DNA of 57,268 nt, the filler included, from Stramenopiles sp. TOSAG23-6 (taxonomy: Eukaryota): assembly GCA_900128565.1 (NCBI GenBank). It is 4 parts of 4 records of this genome, joined end to end, with 100 filler letters (N's around TTAATTAATTAA, not from the genome) between each part and the next. Parts side by side here need not be neighbours in the genome. Positions count along the whole stretch, not along the records: positions 14,431 to 28,696 come from LT636144.1; positions 28,797 to 43,036 come from LT636145.1; 2 more parts are not named here. One strand, written 5' to 3'. Positions 22,301 to 33,400 of this stretch are shown in pieces. Position 1 is the stretch's first letter, and every line of letters begins with the position of its first letter. The notes under the pieces were generated by a model, which saw only the letters and a program-made list of their open reading frames with translations, did not search any database and had not been told where the DNA came from. The translations under genes were made by a program, and so were the position numbers.

Positions 22301-23527
22301 TCTTTAAAACCATCAATCATGCTTTGTAATTTTGCTCTTGTTACTTTTAATTTTTCTAATTCCATTTCTTCATCTTGACTTCTTTCCTCTCCGAGATTCC
22401 TCTCCTGTTCAAGCTCCGCCTCTGCTTGTGTAAGCAAAAGTGACTTGGTACCATGAACTTTGAATAAGGCATTATACCGAGCTTGAACTTGGATCAGATA
22501 TTCATTCTCTGAGGTTTTATCTGAGGTTTTAGTATCTTGAACGCCTGTAAGAAGGCTCAACTCAGCTCTCGTGTCTTCCGTGTGCTCAGTCAATCTTTTT
22601 GCAGCTATTTGAAGATTTTTCCGAAGTTTAGTTATATTTTTACCTAGCTCCACAAGAGTATGTGCGCCTTCTTTGATTAAAAGCTTTGCCATTGTTGTGG
22701 TATTATCATATTCTTGCATAACTTTATCACTTGTTTCATCTTTACTATCATCATTTTCATCTATTTCTTGACTTTTTTCTGCATCTTTACTACATGTTTT
22801 ACCTGAACTTTCATCTTTTTCATCATCTATTTCTTCCCCTGAAATCATACCTTTTATTTCAGTTCTATCTGAATCCAAACGGATTATATCTGAGTGTCTT
22901 TTGGTATAACTATTCAACCACTTATGAAGTGCTATCGTACTATCGCATTCACCTTGACGGCGACTCAATTCTTGTTCAAACCAACTTTGAAGAGCATCGG
23001 AACGTTGCTTTTGTGCTGGAGCTGTCTTTACACTATCCCAACGCATGTATTGCAGTATATATATGTAGTATACTTTTGTCAAAATGAATAATAATGTGAT
23101 GAAGGTTTTGATAATTATGGACAAACATTTTGATTTAAAAAAAAAAAAAAGCATATTATGACTAGATTATTTGATAGTACGATACTATAGATATTTTACC
23201 ATAATTTGTATTATTTGATAGTACGATACTATAGATATTTTACCATAATTTGTATTATTTGGTAGTACGATACTATAGATATTTTACCATAATTTGTATC
23301 TTATGCTTTGTGAGAAATGAAACATACTTATTCACTGTGCTTAATCGTTTCCGTATTTTTCTTGCATTTCGACGACACTCTCTTTCTAGTTGGATAGATC
23401 GCGCACATAGTTCATCTGGTGTAAGATCAGATGTCGTTTTTCGGAAAGCAGTAGCTAATTTCAAGCGCAACGAAGTTTTGTTTGATTTGGCTGACTTTAG
23501 CTTGTTCCATTTTGAACCGGCTGACAT
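19321..23527 (-). CDS. Large coiled-coil protein; exons 23527-23328 and 23044-19321
   Basis: The ATG ORF at 23527 joins the long ORF in frame (AA|G CGT TGG) across a GT...AT intron. Confidence 0.7.
23045..23327 (-). other. 283-nt intron, GT...AT, containing a minisatellite
   Basis: Donor GTATGT, end GCAATACAT. An in-frame AG 12 nt downstream is a possible alternative acceptor. Confidence 0.6.
23166..23297. repeat. 44-bp tandem repeat x3 (intronic minisatellite)
   Basis: Unit ATTATTTGATAGTACGATACTATAGATATTTTACCATAATTTGT at 23166, 23210 and 23254 (one mismatch in the third copy). Confidence 0.95.
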
Positions 23528-23752
23528 GGGTAACTATCCAAAGTAGATCAAGTAGAAGTAAGCTTACGTTATATACATTTATTAAAGATGGTCTGTCTCA
23601 TAGGCTTTGGATATCGCTTTGTCAATGAGTATCGTTCATATACAACTTGAGTTTAGTAGGTAGAAAGACTCAAAAAATGTTGTTGAAAAACGGTTACATT
23701 CGTGTGACTCGACTCATAATTTGATTATTTGATTTGATCAATATTTCGTGGA

Positions 23753-23764
23753 TTAGGGTTAGGG
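23753..23764. promoter_or_regulatory. TTAGGGTTAGGG motif upstream of the gene starting at 23527
   Basis: Exact double telomere hexamer, next to a TTTCGTG motif. Confidence 0.5.
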
Positions 23765-24077
23765 TACATTATATCTACTTGTAGTAGTAGAGGTATCCTA
23801 TCTATAATAAGGTTTTCTTCATGTTTGACAATATAATAATCTCAAATATTTTTTATCAATATTTATCCTTTGGAACATACGTATGAGAAAAAAACATTCA
23901 ATTCATGAAAAATTCCTTTTCAGTGGAATTTGACTGAACTGAACAAATTGAAGAGAAAATACCAGAAAAACGATTTCTAAAACTACTATAAAAATATTCA
24001 ACAGTAGTCAAAATTAAGTTTTCTTCCTTTATTATTTCATTCGTATCCATTTTCCATCAATAATGTATTTATAATAA

Positions 24078-24476
24078 CTACTTTTTAGAGGATTTCTTCT
24101 TCTTCTTCTTCTTCTTCCCAGTATCAAATTCTGCAAACATTGCTAATTCCGCAGCTTTCTTTTCAGCTTTCGTCATTTTGGTAGCTTTTACCTTACCATT
24201 CTGTTTCTTCTTTGAAGCTCCTACTTTAGCGATAAGACTTTCCATGACTTTGGTTGCACCAGGAAAACATATTTCTATACCTTTGCCTTCCTTTTCAGAG
24301 TGCGCTTTAATTTCTGAATTCGTCTTGGTTGGCTTGATTTCTACGTTGCACACTGTGCACTTGAGAAGTGATACACTTTCCTTGACACGTACAATACGAC
24401 CATCCTTATCACCAAGACCGGCGAGTCGATTTGCTTTTAGCCTAGCGGCATTGAGCATCTTCTTGGAAGCTGGCAT
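24078..24476 (-). CDS. Small basic zinc-finger protein, ZNF706/zf-met2-like
   Basis: Basic N-terminus, CTVC...KAHSEKE..K.IEICFP, lysine-rich tail. Confidence 0.6.
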   Translation of the reverse strand: MPASKKMLNAARLKANRLAGLGDKDGRIVRVKESVSLLKCTVCNVEIKPTKTNSEIKAHSEKEGKGIEICFPGATKVMESLIAKVGASKKKQNGKVKATKMTKAEKKAAELAMFAEFDTGKKKKKKKKSSKK

Positions 24477-24649
24477 ATTTCTGAAAAACTGAAATTTCTA
24501 GGGAAGTCAAGTGGTACACCAAAAAAAAAGACATGGATTTTGAAATTTGACCGGTGCAAAAATATTTAAGCTGAAATTATTATTGAATGAGCAGGTTTGT
24601 TCTTTTTTCTCTCTCTCAAATGGAGCGCTCAAATGCAGATGTACAACTA

Positions 24650-24784
24650 AACTTTGGATGTTAAAATAATACTATAACTTTGGATGTCAAAATAACACTA
24701 TAACTATTTCAATGACAAAATAATACTATAACTTTGAATGTCAAAATAACACTATAACTATTTCAATGACAAAATAATATAACT
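24650..24784. repeat. 26-28 bp tandem minisatellite (~5 units)
   Basis: Alternating AACTTTG(G/A)ATGT(C/T)AAAATAA(C/T)ACTAT and AACTATTTCAATGACAAAATAATACTAT units. Confidence 0.85.
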
Positions 24785-24898
24785 GTGTAAAAATATTTAA
24801 ATGTCAATATAATAATATTGTAAATTCAATAAGGCCGTGTACTAAAAATTCAATACTAATTAGTGACTAAAAACTTTAATTCTGAATATAAAAAGAAA

Positions 24899-27800
24899 TC
24901 ATGTGATAGTACGAGCCCTAACTCTCTCAATAGTTAGGACACTAAATGGGCCTACAGCACGGACAATACTCAATATACATCTTGAACATTTTGATAACTG
25001 GCTTTGCATCGTTTCATCATCATCGTGTAATAACGATATATCTTCAAAATCATTTCCAATAGGCTCTCGTAAAGTAGCAACTTGACCGCGCGCCCGTGAT
25101 TCGCTGGTATTGGTATCATAATCTAATAATGAATTATCGACTCGTTCAAGCAGAATATCTGTTCTTTCTTTTAATGCCAGCTGAAATGTACGCGTGATTA
25201 GTTGCCCAACAACAATAGAACCAAAAGCGCCTGCTAATAAAATCCACGAACCTGTTGAAAATTTTGCAGTTACTTCAAAGCATGTATTAGCTGATAATAC
25301 GCCAGGAAAATGTTTCGCTAAAATTTCGTTAATTATATCACATTTCCCACCAATAATAAAATCCGTAAATTGTGATATTTGTGCAATACTAGCCAGTAAT
25401 GATACAACGACAACTTCAAGAGCACCACAAGAGTGCAATACTTCCACAATTAAAAAGAGAAATCTTTGAGTTCGTAATGAATGAGGTTTTATCCACATCC
25501 AAACAAGTAATACTAAATGTAATACAGGCACAACAACAGCAAATGTAATAAATACTGATTGAATAAAGAATAAACCTATCCCAGATGAAAATGCATCACT
25601 AGCAGAGTCTGTACCACCAGCACCAATGATTGAGCCTTGAATCGATTGAGCAAGTGATATTAATGAATAATGACTTTTTATCTGTGATGGTGGAAGAACA
25701 AATCCTGCCAAGCCTTTAAATACAAAACAAAATGAATTCACGTATGTTCCTAAACAGACTAGTATTATAGATGTTACAAGTAAAATTTGAATACCTATTT
25801 GGCCAAATATAGAATATCTGACAACTAAGCCATGATCAAACAGGAATCGATGATTTCGGAGACTTTCTTTTGTTTTACCTGATCGTTTCTCTGCCAAAGC
25901 AGTTCCTGGATTATCTGCATACATATTACAAGTTGTAATAATATGCCCCATAATTAAAGATAAAATGGCACCCAAAAGAAATGCATAAAATCCCCATTCA
26001 GGGACAACTACTACATCTGCGGCGAGCCATTGTACAGATAGAAACAGACTCGTACCATACATAGGAATGGAATCTGTTTGAGCAGTCCATTCACGATTTT
26101 CAGAGTTTACAATACGAAAACGAAACGCTACCATAAATATTACCATTACATATGTATCAATTAGAGACCATTTACCTAATGCATCTAATGCATGCAACAT
26201 TCTTCCCCTATCAACACCTTTGACAAAAAGTCTACGGGGAAGATGCCAACATAAGAGCATCAACGTTAGTTTAACATATGGCCATAAACCTGAGAATAAT
26301 GCAATAAGTATAGACAATGGATACACCCCAGCATTCCAAGAATCTTTAATTGAATTCATTAAAGAAAATTCAAATAAAGGTGGGAGAATTTTACGCGTTT
26401 CTCCAACAGAACCAACCATTATTACGTTTGCACCAATGTTTGTGTGAGCATCAACAAATATAGCAATACCGACAATCAAAATTGGAGTAACACATATTCG
26501 AAGTACCATTGGGACATGTGGATCAAATACTAGTGCACCATTGTATAAAGTATGTGTAGTAGAAATATCTGTATTTTTTTGATTATTTCGTGAGGAGCCA
26601 TTTATCGCAAATGTTTCATTGTTTACTGTATGTTGTATATTTCCGTCCCTGGTAGTCACCTTGGTATTGTTTTCTTCATCAACTGGATCATCTAGTGACG
26701 TATACATGGAATGAACATGAATTGAATGTGGCACATCATCTTCATCATTTGCAGTCATATACATAAATGTAGGATTATCATTCATATCAGCATGTTTATC
26801 ACTTGTTTGATGTGTTGTGTAAAACCATACAATAAAACACCATACTAGAGATAAAAATACGACAACAGTAATAATTACAATTCTAATTATACTAATACTT
26901 TTTGTTTTTACTTCAGTCTTCATACATCGATGAGTCGCATCTTGAATATGTTGATTTATCAATGGTGTAATCATCTTTGGCATAATACCCAAAGGATCTT
27001 TTTCAATATAGGAAAACAACGTTGAAGCTACATCAGTCCATTTACCATTTTTCATGAGTTCTTTCATTTCACGGAGCTGTATTACATCTCTCTTGTTGCA
27101 ATTACTATTGCTTTTAACAGTATCACCGATGCATTCTACGTCAATATCTAAAGATGTAATACTTAAAGAAAGACTTTCTAGTGCTGCATCAACAATAGGT
27201 AAAACGTAACAATCAATATTACTATAATCACGAAATGGCAATCGTCTTAATAATTCTAAATCAATTTTTGTCATTAATTGTAAACCAGCTGTTGCATTTC
27301 GAATAGTGGAAGATATAGTAAATATTTTAGACATTGATTTTGGTTTTAGCTTTTCAAAAGAGACCATATCATTGTCAATATTATGTGCATTGGTAATATT
27401 ACGTGCATTTTCAATAGTATGTGCATTTTCAATAGTATGTACATGTACATTGTCAATATTATGTACATTTTTAATAGTATGTACATTTTTAATAGTATGT
27501 ACATTTTTAATAGTATGTCCAGGTGTAAACACTAGAGCTATGACTGTTTTTACTTGAATAGGTCCATCTATACCAGCACCGATTATGTTGCGAAGTGAAT
27601 AAGGACCACCATGACGAGGATTTAACAAATCTGCACTAAATGTATTATTCATACCCATTACGGTAATGTTTCTCATCTCTATAGTAACAGTACTGTTTGT
27701 GAAGAGTTTGTTTGATATACCAACGGGTATTGTCAAGGCACCAATATGAGAATCACTAGATAATATATTACGCCCATTAGTTACTATATGTATTGCTTTG

Positions 27801-28624
27801 TTGATTCGTTGCTCGAATGTTTTCATTGCCCAAAATAAATATTTAAATATGGTACTATTACCAAATGTTTTGAAATTTAAGTAATCTGGAGTATGTCCGT
27901 GTTTCGTGTACGTTTTTGGATTTAAAGATTTAGCGACCGGACATTCGTCTTGTTTCATATCGTTTACAAAGTTCTCGAAATTTCTAAAAAGTTTTGTGAT
28001 TTCAGTCTGGGGCGAAGAATTATTTTTGAAATTATGTTTTTCATCATTATTTTTTTCATTACTTTGATGATGTTTTACATTATTATTTACATTGAACATT
28101 GTAGATATACTTTTTGGTATTTCAAATGTTACATTTGGATGTCGCGAATTGTCTACTACTGCTTGAGACATATCATTTATTTTCTGAGCAATTGCTCCGC
28201 CCAACATATTATTTAGTACAGTAAGTGTAGTATTACCATATGAAGCATTGAATACTTGAAACAATTCATTGATTACTTTAACAACATCAGTAGGAAGAAT
28301 AAGATTACTACACATTGGAATACTAGAATCAACAGAATTATTTGAATCAACAGAATTATTTGAATCAATAGAATAAACAGAACCATTTGAATCAATAGAA
28401 TCAACAGAACCATTTGAATCAATAGAATCATTTGAACCATTTGAATCAACAGAACCATTTGAATAATGTTCACATACTGGGGTAACTTTCAGTGGAGCAT
28501 TTACATTTGAATTAAAAGAAACATTAGTAAAATTTGCTGCGTATACTTTTGGTAGAAAACAACTACTCAAACCTCCAGGTTTCATAAATTGACCTAAAGT
28601 CATTTCACCAAGAGAAGATAAATT
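24899..28624 (-). CDS. Large membrane protein with two PqiA-like domains, 5' truncated by contig end
   Basis: ILIALFSGLWPYVKL...LDALGKWSLIDTYVMVI, and a second copy ITFAVVVPVLHL...LHSCGALEVVVVSL. The frame is open upstream of ATG 28603 to a putative CTACAT acceptor at 28625. Confidence 0.75.
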   Translation of the reverse strand, partial: NLSSLGEMTLGQFMKPGGLSSCFLPKVYAANFTNVSFNSNVNAPLKVTPVCEHYSNGSVDSNGSNDSIDSNGSVDSIDSNGSVYSIDSNNSVDSNNSVDSSIPMCSNLILPTDVVKVINELFQVFNASYGNTTLTVLNNMLGGAIAQKINDMSQAVVDNSRHPNVTFEIPKSISTMFNVNNNVKHHQSNEKNNDEKHNFKNNSSPQTEITKLFRNFENFVNDMKQDECPVAKSLNPKTYTKHGHTPDYLNFKTFGNSTIFKYLFWAMKTFEQRINKAIHIVTNGRNILSSDSHIGALTIPVGISNKLFTNSTVTIEMRNITVMGMNNTFSADLLNPRHGGPYSLRNIIGAGIDGPIQVKTVIALVFTPGHTIKNVHTIKNVHTIKNVHNIDNVHVHTIENAHTIENARNITNAHNIDNDMVSFEKLKPKSMSKIFTISSTIRNATAGLQLMTKIDLELLRRLPFRDYSNIDCYVLPIVDAALESLSLSITSLDIDVECIGDTVKSNSNCNKRDVIQLREMKELMKNGKWTDVASTLFSYIEKDPLGIMPKMITPLINQHIQDATHRCMKTEVKTKSISIIRIVIITVVVFLSLVWCFIVWFYTTHQTSDKHADMNDNPTFMYMTANDEDDVPHSIHVHSMYTSLDDPVDEENNTKVTTRDGNIQHTVNNETFAINGSSRNNQKNTDISTTHTLYNGALVFDPHVPMVLRICVTPILIVGIAIFVDAHTNIGANVIMVGSVGETRKILPPLFEFSLMNSIKDSWNAGVYPLSILIALFSGLWPYVKLTLMLLCWHLPRRLFVKGVDRGRMLHALDALGKWSLIDTYVMVIFMVAFRFRIVNSENREWTAQTDSIPMYGTSLFLSVQWLAADVVVVPEWGFYAFLLGAILSLIMGHIITTCNMYADNPGTALAEKRSGKTKESLRNHRFLFDHGLVVRYSIFGQIGIQILLVTSIILVCLGTYVNSFCFVFKGLAGFVLPPSQIKSHYSLISLAQSIQGSIIGAGGTDSASDAFSSGIGLFFIQSVFITFAVVVPVLHLVLLVWMWIKPHSLRTQRFLFLIVEVLHSCGALEVVVVSLLASIAQISQFTDFIIGGKCDIINEILAKHFPGVLSANTCFEVTAKFSTGSWILLAGAFGSIVVGQLITRTFQLALKERTDILLERVDNSLLDYDTNTSESRARGQVATLREPIGNDFEDISLLHDDDETMQSQLSKCSRCILSIVRAVGPFSVLTIERVRARTIT

Positions 28625-28642
28625 ATGTAGATTAGGAAAATT

Positions 28643-28696
28643 ACTATCAAATAATACAAATTATGGTAAAATATCTATAGTATCGTACTATCAAAT
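28643..28696. repeat. Inverted copy of the 44-bp minisatellite, running into the contig end
   Basis: Reverse complement of the unit at 23166-23209. Confidence 0.9.
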
Positions 28697-28796
28697 NNNN
28701 NNNNNNNNNNNNNNNNNNNNNNNNNNNNNNNNNNNNNNNNTTAATTAATTAANNNNNNNNNNNNNNNNNNNNNNNNNNNNNNNNNNNNNNNNNNNN
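28697..28796. other. Artificial contig linker
   Basis: 44 N + TTAATTAATTAA + 44 N. Confidence 0.95.
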
Positions 28797-28847
28797 CGAA
28801 ATTTTGTACCTAACGATTTTTTTTTCAAATATTTTTCCAAAATACAT
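28797..28847 (+). other. Repeated-family intron, 3' part ending ...AAAATACAT
   Basis: The contig starts within the core CGAAATTTTGTACCTAAC. An open coding frame follows. Confidence 0.8.
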
Positions 28848-30308
28848 CCTCATGATAGGGGATGTTCACTCGATCAAGCACTGAAAGATGATGACGCGTT
28901 TGATAAGACAACTACATTATCGTCAAAAGAATTCAAACACCTTCCAAAACCAACAAAGCTGCAATTACGTCGAGGTGCTTCTGTAGTTGTTGGTGGTCTA
29001 AATACAAAGAAATTCAACGGTCGCATTGCCAAGGTAAATGGTACATTAAATGATAGAGGTCGCGTTCCTATTTTATTACGTCCTAAAAAATGGAAATATT
29101 CACCTGATGAAGATAAAACATCATGGGAAACAATTTCAGTAAAGCCAGAAAACATTGTTATCGGTTGCTCTTATTGTGCGAAACCTCAACCTGCTCTTAA
29201 ATGTTCAGGTTGTAAGATCGCTTTGTATTGCACGAAAGAATGTCAGAAGGTGCACTGGAAATCCAATGGACACAAGAAGGAATGTAAAGAGATGGCTAAT
29301 TATTACAAATCAGATTGGAGTGCTGAAGATGATCATGAATCTTGGGCTGGATTGAGTAAGAAACATTTAAAGATTTTGCGTAAACTTCATCAAGAACAAA
29401 ATCTTCATACAAAAGATCAGCTTTGGAAAGTGACATGCGAAACTAAGGCAATGCTAGATTCTTTAAACTTCTGCACTATGCATCCGAATATGCTTTTCAA
29501 GGCAAAGATGGAAATGCTAGAAGGTGTAGAGAAAACACCATTTCAAAAACAGTCTGGCGAAATTTGTGTGGTGATGAGCTCGGAATCGTCTGGCAGTGAA
29601 CTACAATTAATGATTGAGGAAGATCTCGCAGGTCTTGCACCAGCCCCAGGAGAAAAAATTCTTACTCCAAGTTCAAGAAAACGTAAGCCTGTACCATGTC
29701 ATTTAGATGTACCTGTGAAATACGCTTTGATTGGTGAATGTGTATATACCCCTCAAAATAGATTAGATTTTATGGAATATTTTTCTAAAACTGGCTCAAA
29801 TAAAGGTAAAAAGTGTGAGTGGCCAGACGGAGAAGCAGTGGAAACGTGCCCTGGAACTGGAAAGAAGGTTCCTTGTGACTTTACTACTAAGCATTTATTA
29901 GTTGCTGGAATGTTTCGTGGACTGGCAACCGGTGGTGGAATAACTAGTCGTATTATGCCTCGAATATTAACGATGGAGGGATATCATAAACTAATGGGTG
30001 GGGAAGGTAAGCATACTAAAGTTCCTGTCGCAACAAAGTGTCTAAATGTTGGTGGACCATTGAGAAGTGAGGATCTTGAGGAATTGAAAAATAAGATGAT
30101 GGAGGAGGAGGAGGACCAGTTGTTACAATCTAATGATATCTTAGATATGATGCGAATGTTACAAAAACAAACCTATGCTAACATCTTCGAACACAGGGGA
30201 TTAAAATACCCTACATCAAGCCAGCTATATGAACAATGGGAGAACTCAGGCAGATTGAAAGCCTGTGACATAATATGGAATAGAAGTTTTAAATCTCGAA
30301 ATAGTTAA
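28848..30308 (+). CDS. MYND zinc-finger protein, 5' truncated
   Basis: Frame open from 28848. VVVGGLNTKKFNGRIAKV...ISVKPENI is followed by CSYC...CSGCKIALYCTKECQKVHWK...HKKEC. Confidence 0.85.
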   Translation, partial: PHDRGCSLDQALKDDDAFDKTTTLSSKEFKHLPKPTKLQLRRGASVVVGGLNTKKFNGRIAKVNGTLNDRGRVPILLRPKKWKYSPDEDKTSWETISVKPENIVIGCSYCAKPQPALKCSGCKIALYCTKECQKVHWKSNGHKKECKEMANYYKSDWSAEDDHESWAGLSKKHLKILRKLHQEQNLHTKDQLWKVTCETKAMLDSLNFCTMHPNMLFKAKMEMLEGVEKTPFQKQSGEICVVMSSESSGSELQLMIEEDLAGLAPAPGEKILTPSSRKRKPVPCHLDVPVKYALIGECVYTPQNRLDFMEYFSKTGSNKGKKCEWPDGEAVETCPGTGKKVPCDFTTKHLLVAGMFRGLATGGGITSRIMPRILTMEGYHKLMGGEGKHTKVPVATKCLNVGGPLRSEDLEELKNKMMEEEEDQLLQSNDILDMMRMLQKQTYANIFEHRGLKYPTSSQLYEQWENSGRLKACDIIWNRSFKSRNS

Positions 30309-30497
30309 AAAGGTAAATGAGACCAACAGAAGTTTGTGTATGATGTCATTAGTGTTTTTATTACATATGACTCATTGATAAAATTAATCTTCGATGGTTA
30401 TAAGTATTAGTAGTTATCCGACAAAGATGTAAATTTACCCTAATTAATTGTCATTATTCAAAATTGCACAATAATTCTTTTTTTACATAAAAATATT

Positions 30498-33400
30498 TTA
30501 TTTTAAGATTTCATCTAAATTAGTTTCGATACTTGCAGTGTCTGTTGTGTCAACTTCCACAACTTTATCAGCATAAAGTTTACAAATTCCAGCAATTTCC
30601 CTTTGAAATATATCATCTGATTGTCTGACTACCTTTTCACCAGCCCGCTCATTGCGAACGTTCACAGATGCAGTCAGTTTAATAACATGCTCAACAACAC
30701 CAATATTTTCTTCAAGATAAAAAGCTTGATCATGATGCATTGGAAAACCTGCAGAAATTGTTCGAGGATATCCCGATATGAGAAACTTCTTCCCACTTCC
30801 AGCACTTCGCATTTGAACATGAGCTACTCTTGCAACCACGTCATTTGGTACTGTGCGCTTGAGACGTATACATTTTGCAATAACCTTACCATCTTCAGAT
30901 CCCATTGATGCTTCGTTATCAAGAAGTAAAGGAATATTGAGATGAACATATCCATATCGTCTCCCTAAATGTATTACTACATCATCCGAAGCAGTACCTG
31001 CTGGGGATAAGAGAAGTGAAACGTTCGGTAAGAAGATTTTTTCGCATTGGCTGAATGTTTCATCAATACTTCCATTCGCATCAACCATTCGTAACATGTT
31101 TCTTCTTTTTAGTTCGGGAATTACTGGTTTAGTCAAAAGATTCCATGTATTAAATCGTTGTGCGATTGCTACTGATGATAATCCCAAACGTTCCGCAGCG
31201 ATATTTTCTTCGACATTAAAGTAAAGGCAAGAAGAATGTGACGATAATCCAATTGTTTCTTGAAAACGTTGGATTTGTTCTCGAGAACGGGGATATCCAT
31301 CAATAAGAAATCTCCGTTTACCAGATGCTTTCATTGCGTTGTGTAACATTCGAAGTAAAATAAAAGATGGAATAATTTTTCGTTTCGCCATCATACTTTG
31401 TACCATTTTCCCTGAAGGAGTTCCCCTCTCACATTCCGCCTTGAGCAGCGTTTGTAAACACAATCTTTGATAACCAAATGTAGATGCTAGTTTGTTGCAT
31501 ATAGTTGTTTTTCCTGCCCCAGGTGGACCTATCGCAAATACAATCTCATTGATAAACATTGAATGTGACCGTTGGTAAACGATTTCATTACCTAATGCAG
31601 AATCAGCATAAGTTACGAGTCCTCGCTTTGAGAAGTAATTGATGACAGGTAAACATTGCTTATCAAAGAGCATTCTTTTTCTAGCTTCGCTACTGTTTTT
31701 CTTGACTGAACCATCAGCATCCTTTTTTATGTACAAAACACCCGTTACATCAGCCACTCTTTGCTCAAATGCTTTTGCTTGATCAAGTGCACGTGGAAAT
31801 CCATCAATAACATAACCCCTTGCTCGACCACCACATGCGCTCATGGCTTTGCGAATAATAGACAGTGTTAGTGAAATTGGTACAATTTGCCCCCCGCGAA
31901 TGATTTGATCAAGTTGCTTGCCCTCAGCTGATCCACGAGCTACCTCTGAGCGAAGTAAATCGTCCACGCTAAGATGTACTAAGTTGAACTCCGTTGCAAC
32001 GCGATCACATAATGTTGTTTTTCCAGATGAAGAAGCACCTAAAACAAAATAAACTTTTGGTTCCAATGCTAGCTGCACATCTTGCCATACCTTATCGCTT
32101 GGATGGTTTGCATCGACAACTCTTTCAAGGCCAGATCTCGAGTAGAATTCTGCCATTGGCTTGATGGATGCAGTATATGTCGCAAAACTCTCTTCAATGG
32201 ATTTTGCATCACGACCAAGTTGAGCAAGACGTGTTTTACATACCTTGACCGTAGTAGAAAGATGAAGTACACATTGAGGAGAGCCAATACACTTCTCAAA
32301 CATAGCAGCGTCTGATCGAGAGTTTGGCCAACCACTTATTAAAAATTTATCATTGGTACTCTTCTCCATTGCAGCTTGAAGGACTTCAACGACAACAGGT
32401 GCTTCTACTTCTCTACCTGCATTAGCTCTGGCTGAAATTAGTTGACCAACTTTTGATCCAGTATTTTCTTGAGCAGCCAAAAGTTCAGGCACAGAAATGT
32501 TTTGAAAACCATATTTTTCTGAAATTTTTCTACAATGAACAGACTTGTCACAACCCTCTGGACCAATGACAAACACTGTCCGTGGCATAAATGCAGTATG
32601 TGCCTGAGTCCAAACCTGTTCTGCGCTTTCACTTGCAGATATGTTCCATACTATACCAAGTTTGCGATAAAAATCAATCAAAGGTTTTGAAAATTTATGA
32701 AACAAATCTATTCGCTTTTGGTAGACTTCCTCGTTATCATCACTGCGTTTTTCAGTCTTTGCACGATTTCTTAATCGCCGTTTCATGATGTGGTCTGAAG
32801 TATCCAAATTAAGGACAAAGCGACATGGAGCAACTTCACGCTCAAAGAGATATGCTTGGTCAATTTGTCGAGGGTAGCCATCAATTAGAAATTTTTTCGA
32901 TGGATTTGACATGATTGCATCCTTTAGTAGTCGGAGTACGTGTTTAGTTGGTACAAGTTCACCCTTGCTAATATGCGCATTTATCGTTTTACCAAGTGGT
33001 GTCTCTCTTTTCTGTTCTCTTCGAAGTAAATCTCCTGTGCTTATATGAGCATATCCAAATTCTTTACTGATACGTGCACACACCGTTCCCTTACCACTAC
33101 CTGGACCACCGAGGACAAATACAATTTGTTTTTCATTTGGTTTTGAAACAACTCCAGCTGGAAGAACTGTATCGACTAAAGTAGCTTCAGGAAGTTCATC
33201 TGAATCTTCAACTACATAATAATCTGCAAAACCTTCGTCAACAACAGGATTGCTTGGATTATTATTACGTAACCAATAGCCAAGCCATCGTATGGCATCT
33301 GAACCGATAGGTTTTTCTTTGCATAGTTCAGTGAGTCCATATATTGTGAAAAATATGTTACATTTGAGATTCGTTAGGTACAACATTTCATAAGGAAAAA

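Noticed and set aside
23045..23154. Hydrophobic N-terminus of the 1277-aa ORF as a signal peptide
   Set aside because: It is translated intron sequence. F/I/K-rich ends of many listed ORFs (e.g. FFFRTKFCT, YEILYLT, RNFVPN) are likewise the intron family read in three frames.
23166..23297. Possible CRISPR-like array (also 24650-24784)
   Set aside because: Head-to-tail tandem units without unique spacers, in a eukaryotic context with no cas genes.
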